Part shown: positions 36,718 through 47,047 of the stretch, one piece after another
Layout of the letters: every line of letters begins with the position of its first letter
Numbering within the stretch: the stretch's first letter is position 1
Assembly: GCA_944390455.1 (NCBI GenBank)
Contig: CALXPU010000003.1
Coordinates: 5,099-69,098 of the forward strand
DNA: 64,000 bases
Reading direction: 5' to 3'
Source of the DNA: an uncultured Alphaproteobacteria bacterium
GTDB taxonomy: Bacteria; Pseudomonadota; Alphaproteobacteria; RF32; CAG-239
Translations under genes and position numbers: made by a program
Notes under the pieces: model-generated
Databases searched by the model: none
The model's input: the letters and a program-made list of their open reading frames with translations, nothing else
Told to the model about the DNA's origin: nothing

Positions 36718-39477
36718 TTATTTTATAATATTACCACCATCATAATTAGAATATTTTTTACTTATATATTCATAAAAAATAGCTTCTGAACTAATAAAAT
36801 CTCCATCTATGCTAACATTACCCCCAAAAACTTCCCTTGCTAAATTAGCAATTTTATACCCCAAAGTTTTCTCTTTATCTAAAGGTACACCCCACATTTC
36901 TAAATTAGCAGCAATTTCATTTAAATTATTATAAAAATTTTGATAATCTTTAATTTCCGAAGAGAATAAATCAAAGTCATCAGTTTGGGGATATAAAAAA
37001 TTCTTTAACCTTACAGCCATATCTCCTATTACAGTATCTGGTTTAGCCAATGTTTCTTTAACAATAGGCTCATAAGCTGCCATTAAAGGACGCATATATT
37101 CTTCATATTCTGATTTTGTTATAAAACCTTTATTATATGAATCTTGTACAGTCATTTCATAGTTTCTTAAATTACCAAAAGTCGCATCCTTATTTAATGA
37201 TATTGATGATGTTTTATACGTTGTATCATCATCTTCTATTTTTGTCTCACCTATTAAAAATATCTTATCTTTTTGATTATCAATTAAATAACGAGCACTG
37301 GTTTGATTTATTCCATGCTGTCGTAATTGTTCCGCTGAAGGTTTATATTTGTTTATAATTGTCATAATCTCAGCATCAGATATCCCCTTGTCTCTAGCCT
37401 TTGTTAATATTTCATTAACCGCTTGATATTTTTGCTGTTGTTCATAATCGGTTAATTCTAATCCAATCGGTGTAAAATACAAATCCACCTTAGATTTAAC
37501 ATTATTTAAAATTGATTCGTCCACATTTCCTATTTCTTGAAATTTCTTTTTATAGTCTTCTTCCACATTCGTACCGTATGGAGCTATTTTAGTCAGAGCC
37601 AATATATCTTGACGTTGCATGTCCTCAGGAACAACGTTTCCCATATGCTGCAAAACAATTTTAGATAATTCTGCCGTGTATTTATTTTTTTGAGTATTCA
37701 GATTAAGTGTATGTAACTTTAAAATATCATCCTGACTTAAATCATCTTCAAATAATTTATAGTCAAAAATAACACCTTTTTCGCTACTTAAATAAGCTTT
37801 TTTAAAAACCTCTTTTATACGGCTCTCTTTAGATAATTTATTTTCTTCTTCTAATCTTTTATCTTGATTGTTTTTAAGCGCAGTTGCTTGTTCTACTCTT
37901 ATTTCTTCATTACTTACTAAATTTTCTAATTCTTTAGGACTAAGATAATCATTACTATTCAATAATTGAGTGTAACGAATATCCTGTTTAAGCTTTTTTG
38001 CAGATTCATTATTAAGTTTTCCTTCTTTTTTAAGATTTTCTATTTTAGCAGAAATTTTATCAATTAACGTTCCTCTATCGTCTTCTGTTAATTCTTTAGC
38101 ATAAGTATCATATATATTTAATAATGTTTTATCGTCTGAAGAATTAGATATTGCTATATTAGCATCATTTAACCTTGACTTAGATGTTTCTTTAATATTG
38201 GCATCATTTTTTTTAGTTTCTGCTTCTTTTTGAGTTTTTGCTATTGACGATAAGGTATTATATAAATCATTTTTTTGTTTTTCAGAAATATTTAAATCTT
38301 TTATATTCTTGTCTTCTTTAGCTATATCTATTTTTTCTCCGTTTACATACCGAGACTCTAAATTATTTTTAAACTTATATTTAATTTCATCGTTTTCCCC
38401 TTGTTCTCGTTTAATACCAAATTCTTTATCTAAATCATCTCTTGTACTTCTTGCTTTTGAATCCATAGCAATTTCAGCAAAATTATTTTTTACATATTTT
38501 TCATATTCCTCTTTTCCTTTTTTAGCGGCTTCAGATAAACCTACTTGTAATCCAGTTGGGGAAGTAGAAGAACCTTGTCTTTTGCGTATGAACTCACTTA
38601 CATTTACCCCTACACCATTATCGTATTGTAACGCTTCTTTTTGAATTTCAGCTGTTTTTTCGGGATTAGCAATAATTTGAGCTTTGTAATATTCCTCTTT
38701 TGCTGTATTCATATCAGATTGAATAGTTTTTGCTCTTTGATATGCTTGCCATTCATCATTTGCTTTTTGTGAATTATACTGTTCAGCATCTCTTCTAATT
38801 TTATTAACATCAATTCCATATTTAGCCAATCCAGATTCTGCTTGATTTACAAAAGAAAGAGCAAAATTAGGATCTCTTGTATATAATTTACCAATAAAAT
38901 CTGTGGCAAATTGTTTTTGCATTTTGTCTCTGACTTCAATATTCAAGTGTTTTGTATTGCCAATAGCATTTATACCGCTATCAAAAAAACTTGCAGCACT
39001 TCTTACGTCCCCTGTTAAGGCCGCCGCGGAAGACATTTCATTTAATGTACGGTCTAATTGAATAGCTGTAAATTCATGCATCTTTTGAATATATTTTTTT
39101 TCATAATTCAAATTCATGCCATCTATCCAGCTTCTCTTATAACGGCTATTATTGTAAGATTTAGCCCATACCGTATTATCTAATGGCTTATTAAATTCTG
39201 TATCGTATTTATTTTTGATTTCTTGAAGCTGGCAAGGATCGGTTGCATCGTCCATTTCATGAAACATTTGTGTAGCCATATTATCGTATTTAGCTTCATA
39301 CTCATCATATCTTAATTTGCTGTACGTTTCAGCAAATTCATTTGTTTCATTCATAAGATTTGATACGTCCCTTAAAGGAGATTTCCAACTAATCTGCGGG
39401 ATTTGAGGAGATGTATCGGCTTGTACATATCTTTTTTGAGTATCAACCATTCCAGGTAATGTTTGTTTATTAGCCAT
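36718..39477 (-). CDS. Internal virion (ejection) protein
   Basis: 919-aa helical protein between the gp14-like and giant virion genes. Confidence 0.65.
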   Translation of the reverse strand: MANKQTLPGMVDTQKRYVQADTSPQIPQISWKSPLRDVSNLMNETNEFAETYSKLRYDEYEAKYDNMATQMFHEMDDATDPCQLQEIKNKYDTEFNKPLDNTVWAKSYNNSRYKRSWIDGMNLNYEKKYIQKMHEFTAIQLDRTLNEMSSAAALTGDVRSAASFFDSGINAIGNTKHLNIEVRDKMQKQFATDFIGKLYTRDPNFALSFVNQAESGLAKYGIDVNKIRRDAEQYNSQKANDEWQAYQRAKTIQSDMNTAKEEYYKAQIIANPEKTAEIQKEALQYDNGVGVNVSEFIRKRQGSSTSPTGLQVGLSEAAKKGKEEYEKYVKNNFAEIAMDSKARSTRDDLDKEFGIKREQGENDEIKYKFKNNLESRYVNGEKIDIAKEDKNIKDLNISEKQKNDLYNTLSSIAKTQKEAETKKNDANIKETSKSRLNDANIAISNSSDDKTLLNIYDTYAKELTEDDRGTLIDKISAKIENLKKEGKLNNESAKKLKQDIRYTQLLNSNDYLSPKELENLVSNEEIRVEQATALKNNQDKRLEEENKLSKESRIKEVFKKAYLSSEKGVIFDYKLFEDDLSQDDILKLHTLNLNTQKNKYTAELSKIVLQHMGNVVPEDMQRQDILALTKIAPYGTNVEEDYKKKFQEIGNVDESILNNVKSKVDLYFTPIGLELTDYEQQQKYQAVNEILTKARDKGISDAEIMTIINKYKPSAEQLRQHGINQTSARYLIDNQKDKIFLIGETKIEDDDTTYKTSSISLNKDATFGNLRNYEMTVQDSYNKGFITKSEYEEYMRPLMAAYEPIVKETLAKPDTVIGDMAVRLKNFLYPQTDDFDLFSSEIKDYQNFYNNLNEIAANLEMWGVPLDKEKTLGYKIANLAREVFGGNVSIDGDFISSEAIFYEYISKKYSNYDGGNIIK

Positions 39478-39957
39478 TTACCAAGTACCTCCCATTGATG
39501 TATAACCTTTTGCAAAAGAAATTGGAGCTTGTAACAAACTCATATAAAATTGATTTTTTCCTTGTTTCTTTGTTATATTAGCCGATTGATTTAAATAATT
39601 AGCTTTAATATCCATACCTTCTGCCGAAGAAAGGCCTTTATAACGCAAATCAAGAGCATTCTGTTCTAAATCGGTAGCTTGCTGGCCTAATACTCCAATA
39701 GTTGTTGTGCTATTACCCATGCCTTGTTCAATACTTGCCGCCGTGTTTTGAGCTAAAATTCTGCGATTTTGTTGTCTCTCTCTATCCTCGTTGATAGCTG
39801 TTTCAAGACGTGTTCGATACGCATTTTGGCGCAAAATATCAGCATTACTATTTGCTTGCTCAGCTTGAAAATTTGCTTCTTGCATACCAGCAACCCCTTG
39901 AGTAATAGTTGCCGCTGCTGAAATAGCGCCTATTGTTAAAGATACAGGATCTGCCAT
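39478..39957 (-). CDS. Internal virion protein (gp14/Bbp10-like)
   Basis: Ala/Gly-rich hydrophobic N-terminus, Gln/Asn-rich coil; gene position. Confidence 0.7.
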   Translation of the reverse strand: MADPVSLTIGAISAAATITQGVAGMQEANFQAEQANSNADILRQNAYRTRLETAINEDRERQQNRRILAQNTAASIEQGMGNSTTTIGVLGQQATDLEQNALDLRYKGLSSAEGMDIKANYLNQSANITKKQGKNQFYMSLLQAPISFAKGYTSMGGTW

Positions 39958-40370
39958 TATTTTACCCTTCCCCAAATATTAAAGTCTAAGCCATTATAAT
40001 ATTTTTTCATCGTCCCTTCACATGTGAAACCTAGCATTTTAGCTAATCTTTTTGCTGCCGGAAAATTATCTTGTGTTATCATTTCAACTCTTTGTGTTTC
40101 GCCATCATTAAGAAAATCATCAATAATTTTTCTCATTTGTTTAAACATTGAAAAACCTTTATCACGACAATCGGCAGATATTAAAGCAGACAACCATACT
40201 CTCCCACCATCCTCAAAAAAAGGTCTAACAATAGCTAAAACTCTATTATCATATTCAAAGACAATCGTATCTTCATCATCAAATAAATACCAATTATCGG
40301 TATCTTCATGTTTTTGCTCAGGCTGTAATTTTATTCTATCACAATCGCCTTTTTCAAAATGTCTTATCAT
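39957..40370 (-). CDS. GNAT-like virion assembly protein (T7 gp13-like position)
   Basis: N..A.R.A..LGF..EG.M..Y motif. Confidence 0.7.
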   Translation of the reverse strand: MIRHFEKGDCDRIKLQPEQKHEDTDNWYLFDDEDTIVFEYDNRVLAIVRPFFEDGGRVWLSALISADCRDKGFSMFKQMRKIIDDFLNDGETQRVEMITQDNFPAAKRLAKMLGFTCEGTMKKYYNGLDFNIWGRVK

Positions 40371-42817
40371 AGTCCGTTTCCGCTTGTTGAGAAATGAGGG
40401 GCAATCGCTAAAATATTCATAGGATATACGGAATCGTTTTGAATCATTACCGTAGCACCCTTTTCTTTAATGGTTGTTGTATTAAAACTTAATGGAATTG
40501 TTTTATTTCCGGTATATAAGTCAGAACTTTCACCCATTACATCATCTGTTTTTCTGAAATATATCGCTTGCAAATCTTTGTTGTTTGTTCCAACTTTACC
40601 ACCCATTGACCGCCACAGCATAAGAGTAACGTGATCTATTCTTTGCACATCACCAATCCCCGAACTATTATTACCTTGTAAATAAATATTTTGCGGTATA
40701 TAAGCGCTATTGATTGGTAATCCAACAATAATATGTTCGCTATTCCATGGAACAGTAATTGCACCATTTTTAACAATTTGTCTTTCATATTCAGCACCAT
40801 CTATCATAATGGCAACTTCTTTACCCTCTAAGTGGTCTAATCCATCTAAAGAAACATCGTTTTCTTTTAATTCAGAATATATTTTGATACTTATTCTTGT
40901 AAATGTATATCCTATGGTAGTATCAGTATCTGCTTCAAATGTTAAACTATCACTTTCTAATGTTCCAGAATAAAAAGTTCTTGAAAAACCGCTTTGCTCA
41001 TTTTTATAAAAGAATCCTAATACTTCTATTTTTTTACCAATAAAGTTATTACTTAATCTGATATTATAGGTTGAAGAATCACCGGATTTAACTTCTGCAT
41101 AAATGGAAACATATCCCTCACCATTTTCAAATTTATCAATAATAAAATCTAGGGTATTGTCTTCAACAGTTAATGTTTTTTGTGCTTGTATTTGACTATT
41201 TCGATTGTAGCAAGTAATTGTCCTGTTAAGTAAGTTATCGGAAATAGCAAAAAAAGTTCCGCTTACACTAATTGTTCTCTCAACAGATAAACCGCTATCT
41301 ACATAAAAACTGTTCCTTTTGTAGTAATCACTCTCCATACTTTCTCTGCTAAAATAATCAAAGTTATTTTCGATTTCATCAGATGAGATAAGAGGATAAC
41401 CATTATCAAGCCATTCTATGCAAGTTTTTCCGTCTCTATCAACTTCTAACCATAAGTCATCCGCTAAACCGTTAGGATTAGGTATAACGGCTATACTCTT
41501 AACTTTTCCTCCTGTGTTATGACGATGAAAAGCAGAAACATTTTGCTCAGATGAAAAAGTTAATCCTATTAAATTACCATTACCCACAACAAACCAAGCT
41601 ATTTTATCTGGAGTTTCTTGATACTTCATATCTTTAATTCCAGACCTAAACAAATGTTTACCATACAAAGACAAATCAATAGGATCATAAGAATCATTAG
41701 CGTAAGAATAAACTATATCTCTTATACTTGTTTCTGTTGCAAACAAAGTATGCGCTCCTATTTTCATGGGAGTAATAGGTAACGAGCCTATTTCAGATAT
41801 AATTTGTGTCTTAACATTGTCAGGAGCTAAAGGCTCAGATGATGTCGCAGAATCAATATAAAACTCTCCAGATGATGTTCCTACAAATAAAACATTAGAT
41901 GAATTTAACCACCTTCCTGCATTGTACTTAGCATTAGTAATAGACACAGTAATAGCATTTGTGGCTAATACTTCCCCATAGTCTTTGTCTGCAAAGTTAT
42001 TATAATCATCTGAACAAGATAAACATACTTTAGGTATGCCATTATCATTTATCAAAAAACAGAATCTGCCCCTAAAAAAAGTACCACACATAGGATTTTC
42101 TGAGCCACCATATATAAGCCCTAACTCCCAATAATTTGTTGGTTTATTTACCAAAGTTTCAGGCATATTCCCATCAATTTCAACATCTACCTCAGTTTCG
42201 GAAATATATCTTGATATTTTACCTTGTCCATATCCTGCGTGCATATATTCAAAAAGAATAGATCCATCAGAGCGTGTACCCTCAGTGTGTACGGGTTTTA
42301 CTGTTCCAGTTTTACCTGATGATTTGGCCTTATAATATTTATTATCAGAATACAATATATCACCTGATGACACATCTTTTTCAGCTTGCCAAGCTGTATT
42401 TGTATCATCTACAACAGTTAATCTAATAAGTCTGTTTACATCTTTTTCTGTAAAAACTGGAGCGGACGCTTTTACTCTTGCTGTATCTGTTGTTCTTGAT
42501 ATTGTAAGTGTTGTCTCACTTGTATTTACATTAGACCACGGACCAGATTTAAACTCAAAATCCTCTAAACGCCAATCTGTATTTCCGTATCGGCTTAAAG
42601 TCTTAGTCGGATAATCCTTATGGAAAATATAAAGCACATCACCGTTTTGAGCGAATTGCAAATCATTTAAATCATCTTCCAAATAAGGCGTTGCAACATT
42701 ATATAAAGCACCATTATCATCTACCAAATATCCGTGTTGAGCAAAAAAAGTGATTGATTTTTCTCTAAAAAACAAGACAAAACTCAAATCTTTATCAATT
42801 ATAAAATCTTTAATCAT
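40367..42817 (-). CDS. Tail nozzle (tail tubular protein B), main part
   Basis: TPY...DL..LQFAQ.GDVLY, P....FF..R, AFHRH, YVDSG, GLDHLEGK.V, VGLP. Confidence 0.85.
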   Translation of the reverse strand: MIKDFIIDKDLSFVLFFREKSITFFAQHGYLVDDNGALYNVATPYLEDDLNDLQFAQNGDVLYIFHKDYPTKTLSRYGNTDWRLEDFEFKSGPWSNVNTSETTLTISRTTDTARVKASAPVFTEKDVNRLIRLTVVDDTNTAWQAEKDVSSGDILYSDNKYYKAKSSGKTGTVKPVHTEGTRSDGSILFEYMHAGYGQGKISRYISETEVDVEIDGNMPETLVNKPTNYWELGLIYGGSENPMCGTFFRGRFCFLINDNGIPKVCLSCSDDYNNFADKDYGEVLATNAITVSITNAKYNAGRWLNSSNVLFVGTSSGEFYIDSATSSEPLAPDNVKTQIISEIGSLPITPMKIGAHTLFATETSIRDIVYSYANDSYDPIDLSLYGKHLFRSGIKDMKYQETPDKIAWFVVGNGNLIGLTFSSEQNVSAFHRHNTGGKVKSIAVIPNPNGLADDLWLEVDRDGKTCIEWLDNGYPLISSDEIENNFDYFSRESMESDYYKRNSFYVDSGLSVERTISVSGTFFAISDNLLNRTITCYNRNSQIQAQKTLTVEDNTLDFIIDKFENGEGYVSIYAEVKSGDSSTYNIRLSNNFIGKKIEVLGFFYKNEQSGFSRTFYSGTLESDSLTFEADTDTTIGYTFTRISIKIYSELKENDVSLDGLDHLEGKEVAIMIDGAEYERQIVKNGAITVPWNSEHIIVGLPINSAYIPQNIYLQGNNSSGIGDVQRIDHVTLMLWRSMGGKVGTNNKDLQAIYFRKTDDVMGESSDLYTGNKTIPLSFNTTTIKEKGATVMIQNDSVYPMNILAIAPHFSTSGNGL

Positions 42818-44046
42818 TCATCAACTCCACGAGAACCAACATCTGTTAATTCTAGTAAACCAACACTAACTTTATTATTTTCTTGTGCGTATGTAGAACC
42901 GCAACCGTGTGAGTAATTATAATCTCCAGATTCTCCACTTCCTTTACCCATTTCTGTTCGTGATGGTGTAACAATGGAAGATATAATATATCCACCGCCT
43001 ATACCTTGAGCATTAGGATAATCTGAATCCCCACCAGTAGCTGATATAATAATTTCTTGTACATCTGAAATAGAAGTATCTCCACCTTTTGTCTGACCTG
43101 TAAATCCTATCCCTACATCACCTGTTTCAATAAATAACTTTTTATTATATTCTGTTATTTCAAAAGTTCCTCTAGCACAACCAGCACCGCCACCTACATA
43201 AGTATCATTAGCAACAACAAAAGAAGCACCACCACCCCCAACACAATAAGCGTCATACGTTCCTAATGGAAGTATCATTGTATGAGACACATTAGACACT
43301 CCGATTTTAGTTATACTACTATTTATTGTACTTATGCTTGATGTATCAATAATATTTTCTCTATTTTCAGATAATTGTTTTTCAACTAATAAATTATCAT
43401 CTAATAGCATTATAAATAAATAACATCTATCCCTAAGTGTCGTAAATAATTTATCAACCATTTGCCCTTTATAAGTTACTAAAACTCTAAAATACTTGGG
43501 ATTAGTTAATTCCCAATTTTCATCGAGATAAGATAAAGGAACATAAGTATATCCATTATGTGCAACTGGTTTATTATTTACCTCTATATCAATATCATCA
43601 GTAAAGGAATATATATATAATTTAACAGTTTCCCCTAATTCCATTGTTTTTTCTAAGGTTGTATCGCTCTTTACATAATAAGTATCATATATTGGCAAAT
43701 AGCCCTCAGCTTCTATATTGTAATTAGCACCTTGTCCTTTAGGATAAACTAATTGAGTAGATGTCCAAACATTGCCCTCATTAGTTAAATTTACTGTTTT
43801 TCCGTCAACTGTTAATGTCGGAGTAACATCGCAAGTAATTTTAAATACTAAAGTGTATGTTTTAAATGTTTCAGGAGAATAAACAAAATGACTTCCCCCT
43901 CTACGCTTTAAAGAACCCTCTACAAGAGGTATAAAATTTTGACACAACTTAGCTGAATAGTTGTATTTATCCCAATCAATTCTCCCTTCTAATTGTGGAG
44001 AAATCTCTCCACCATTAAATTGATTAAGTGCAGGTTTATAAGCCAT
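42814..44046 (-). CDS. Nozzle N-terminal segment fused to beta-sandwich-like and Gly-rich domains
   Basis: N-terminal FNGGEISPQLEGR.D..KY....C.NFIP...G.LKRRGG, then unrelated sequence with VGGGGAS..GGGAG. Confidence 0.75.
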   Translation of the reverse strand: MAYKPALNQFNGGEISPQLEGRIDWDKYNYSAKLCQNFIPLVEGSLKRRGGSHFVYSPETFKTYTLVFKITCDVTPTLTVDGKTVNLTNEGNVWTSTQLVYPKGQGANYNIEAEGYLPIYDTYYVKSDTTLEKTMELGETVKLYIYSFTDDIDIEVNNKPVAHNGYTYVPLSYLDENWELTNPKYFRVLVTYKGQMVDKLFTTLRDRCYLFIMLLDDNLLVEKQLSENRENIIDTSSISTINSSITKIGVSNVSHTMILPLGTYDAYCVGGGGASFVVANDTYVGGGAGCARGTFEITEYNKKLFIETGDVGIGFTGQTKGGDTSISDVQEIIISATGGDSDYPNAQGIGGGYIISSIVTPSRTEMGKGSGESGDYNYSHGCGSTYAQENNKVSVGLLELTDVGSRGVDE

Positions 44047-44641
44047 TTTGCCATCCCTCACGAATTGATACCCAACTATTATCGCCAAATGATTGTGTAT
44101 CTTGAATTATATCATTGTTTTGCATGGCAGCTGATAAAACAGATGAAAATTCTTGTTCAATTAGTTGATATAAATTAAAATTTTGATGAATCTTTATTGT
44201 CATATCCATAGCCAACTTTAGAGAAAAAGCATCTTTAAATAGCGGAGGATATTTTGTAGTGTCTTCTTCATCTACAATATAAACAAGCGGCAACGGATTT
44301 AAATTACTTTCAATTTTATCTCCAATAATTAAATATCGTTCACCGGAAGATAAAACAAAATCTCTTAAGTCTGGTATTTTAAAATAATCACCAATTCCAA
44401 TAATACTTATTAGATCGGATGGTTTTTGAAATACATATTTTTTTATGGAGCTGGCTGCTTCGTCTAATGGTGCTAAATTAACTTTTTTAACAGCAAATCT
44501 CCAATAATACATGGATAAGAGACTTCTCCTAACGTCATCATAAATTAGTTTAAACGATATTCCGTGCGGTAATTCGTTTTCCGAGCTAATAGGATTTTCT
44601 CCTAATTTCAATAAAGCTCTATTTACAATGTCTATATTCAA
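44036..44641 (-). CDS. Tail adaptor (tail tubular protein A)
   Basis: IVNRALLKLGE..I.S, YD..RR.LL..Y.W.FA, Y.F..P.D, F..A....LA. Confidence 0.85.
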   Translation of the reverse strand: MNIDIVNRALLKLGENPISSENELPHGISFKLIYDDVRRSLLSMYYWRFAVKKVNLAPLDEAASSIKKYVFQKPSDLISIIGIGDYFKIPDLRDFVLSSGERYLIIGDKIESNLNPLPLVYIVDEEDTTKYPPLFKDAFSLKLAMDMTIKIHQNFNLYQLIEQEFSSVLSAAMQNNDIIQDTQSFGDNSWVSIREGWQNGL

Positions 44642-44663
44642 AGTCTCTCTCCTTGTTTTATAA

Positions 44664-44694
44664 CAAAAGAAAAGCTGCTTTATTTAGCAGCTTT
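44664..44694 (-). terminator. Terminator after the capsid genes
   Basis: AAAGCTGCT-AAATAA-AGCAGCTTT plus T-rich tail on the minus strand. Confidence 0.7.
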
Positions 44695-44696
44695 AT

Positions 44697-45047
44697 TTAG
44701 CGTGGGATATAACCTAAAGTGGTTCTAAGAGTTGTTGTTTCTCCTGAGCCATCGTATGTAGCTGTTACATATTTATCTACATCCCAAGGAAGCATCAACT
44801 CACCAATAACATCATTCTTTTTATAGGTTTGTGATGCTTCAATAGTAATTGTTCCAATTTCATCGGTTACAGCATCTTTTGTTTCACCGCTTTTAATTGT
44901 AACAGTAGTTGCCTTAGAGGTTGCAATATCTTCTAAAGCAATCACACGCACAACAAGTCCACCCATGTTACCTTGAGCCTTGACAATTTGTGCTTCATTG
45001 GCAAGGTTTAAATCCTCGCCATATACAGTAAGTACGTGTTTATACAT
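44697..45047 (-). CDS. Capsid cement/decoration protein (Bbp16-like position)
   Basis: Beta-rich 116-aa ORF directly after the major capsid gene. Confidence 0.55.
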   Translation of the reverse strand: MYKHVLTVYGEDLNLANEAQIVKAQGNMGGLVVRVIALEDIATSKATTVTIKSGETKDAVTDEIGTITIEASQTYKKNDVIGELMLPWDVDKYVTATYDGSGETTTLRTTLGYIPR

Positions 45048-45056
45048 ATCTGTCTC

Positions 45057-45971
45057 CTATTCAACAGTAACGGTTGCCTCTGTACCTTTATCAAAGTTAC
45101 GAGATGTAATAAATGGAATATTATTCCACATCATAAAGGTACGATTGATATTCTTATCACCACTTTGAGCCTGCAAAATATTGCCTTTGTATTTATTCAA
45201 GAAAGACAATACTTTTGGATGGCAACAAATAAATGAACCACTGTCAGCACGAATATTATCCAACATATCATCAATTTGAGCTTCTGTCGGAATATTTCCT
45301 GATTTAATATTTACAATAGCTGATACAGCTTCCGGATCTTTTAGTTGAAAACCAAAATATCCTTTAAATCTCATACCATAGCCAAGAATGCCATGTTCAT
45401 CTTTATAAAGAGCGCCATCATTGATTTTCTTTACATCAATACCTGCACCACTTTCAAATCCAACCGGAGAATATAAACCACAGTTTACACCTTTTACAGG
45501 ACGAAACGCAATCATGCTATAACCATTACCACCTGTACCACCTGCATCAATAACATTATTATTATCAATAGCAAATTGGCGCAAGTTGTCATAAATGAGT
45601 TTGCGTTCTGTTGTCATACCTGCTGTTTTTAAAAATGGCTGAGCTCTTTCGGCAAAAAATTTATCTGGTCCGCCAAGTGCACGAGCTTTATCCTCAGGTA
45701 CAAACATTTCACCACCCATAATACCTAAATCAACCTTTTCAAGTTTGGTATCCATATTCATTTGAGGTAATTTGGCATTAAGTTCTACCCAACCGGCACT
45801 ATCAATTTTTGTTACACGTTCTGCTAAATTCCAAAAAGGATGAGAAGCAGGCATAAATGGGATTTTATTTAAGACCGGAGTATCTTCAAGCAAAAAGTTG
45901 ATAAGCTCCGGTTGTTTTTTGGCCAAAGCATTATTGATTTCGGCCAAAGTATTATAATCAGTATTAGCCAT
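45057..45971 (-). CDS. Major capsid protein (BPP-1 Bbp17-like)
   Basis: TLAE, L....P.L..IPF, GLY.P.G...G, WNNIPF C-terminus; follows the scaffold gene. Confidence 0.85.
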   Translation of the reverse strand: MANTDYNTLAEINNALAKKQPELINFLLEDTPVLNKIPFMPASHPFWNLAERVTKIDSAGWVELNAKLPQMNMDTKLEKVDLGIMGGEMFVPEDKARALGGPDKFFAERAQPFLKTAGMTTERKLIYDNLRQFAIDNNNVIDAGGTGGNGYSMIAFRPVKGVNCGLYSPVGFESGAGIDVKKINDGALYKDEHGILGYGMRFKGYFGFQLKDPEAVSAIVNIKSGNIPTEAQIDDMLDNIRADSGSFICCHPKVLSFLNKYKGNILQAQSGDKNINRTFMMWNNIPFITSRNFDKGTEATVTVE

Positions 45972-45990
45972 ATTGATTAACCTTTCTTAC

Positions 45991-46689
45991 CTATAAATTT
46001 TTGAAAAATTCTTCTAATGTCTGCTGTTCCGAAGTTTCTTTCGATTTTGAATTAGGAATATTATCCTCCGAAATAGCTTCGCCAAGTGCTTTTAAAGATT
46101 TTAGGTATTTAGCAGGACCTATTACCATTTTTATAGCGGATAAGTCGTTATCTTCTAACCCTAAAATTTTAGCACCACGAGACACTAATTCTTTGTTTTT
46201 GTCAGCATCATTACCCCATTCGGTAATAACGCTTTCCTCTTGTTTTTTGTTTTCAGCGTCAATCATAGCATCATATTCTTTTTGCTTTTCTTGCTGCAAA
46301 CGTTCAAAACCGGCCACAAGCGCTTGCGCCTGTTTTGGAGTTTGATTAGTTTCAAAAAAGAGTTTTTGAATATCTGCTTTATCCTTATCATTAACGCTAA
46401 TGTCATACTTGTCAGCTGTTTCCGGCTTACCAAGTTTAGCATAAAGTTTACCCCAAGCATCCGCGTCTTCGTCCTTTGGAATAGAAATTTTTGTGCTTGC
46501 TTGTTTTTCAAGCTCCTTATAAGACTTCAAAACGTCATCGGGGGTTTTCCAACCCTTGTCGCCAACATATTTTGAGTCTTCGTCGGAAAACCCTTTCCAA
46601 GAAGATTCTGAAGAGTTGTTTTCTTGTTCATGAGTCATAGAAGAGTTATCGGGATTTGACTCGTTTCCCGGCACAATGTTATCTTGCAT
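45991..46689 (-). CDS. Capsid scaffolding protein
   Basis: KGWKT.DDVLKSY.ELEK, LGKPETADKY, EWG..A, LGEAISED. Confidence 0.8.
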   Translation of the reverse strand: MQDNIVPGNESNPDNSSMTHEQENNSSESSWKGFSDEDSKYVGDKGWKTPDDVLKSYKELEKQASTKISIPKDEDADAWGKLYAKLGKPETADKYDISVNDKDKADIQKLFFETNQTPKQAQALVAGFERLQQEKQKEYDAMIDAENKKQEESVITEWGNDADKNKELVSRGAKILGLEDNDLSAIKMVIGPAKYLKSLKALGEAISEDNIPNSKSKETSEQQTLEEFFKNL

Positions 46690-46699
46690 ATTGATTTCC

Positions 46700-47047
46700 T
46701 TAAATATCTATATTTTGTTTCAATATATCCAAATCATCCATTTGCTCTTCTTCAACGCTTCGCAAATTAAAGATTTGGTTTAAGTCCAACGACAAATGTT
46801 TAACAATCAAATTAAACATACGTTGTTTACCAAGAATGAAAGCTGCTGCTCCAAAATCAAAACGACCTTGATTGTCATACAAATAAGGAGAACCATTACG
46901 TCCTAATTCACCTTTACTTGCGCTTTCATTCCTTAAAAATGCCAAAACTTTTTCAGCTTCGGGTTTAAGTTTACCGTCTTGCATGAATAAATCTTGAAAT
47001 GCTTTCGAGAGTTCGTAAGTGTTTTTTGTTTTTTGCTTAGAAGCCAA
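46700..47047 (-). CDS. Bbp19-like phage protein
   Basis: Position after the portal; A..VL..L and AF..G..R pattern. Confidence 0.6.
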   Translation of the reverse strand: MASKQKTKNTYELSKAFQDLFMQDGKLKPEAEKVLAFLRNESASKGELGRNGSPYLYDNQGRFDFGAAAFILGKQRMFNLIVKHLSLDLNQIFNLRSVEEEQMDDLDILKQNIDI

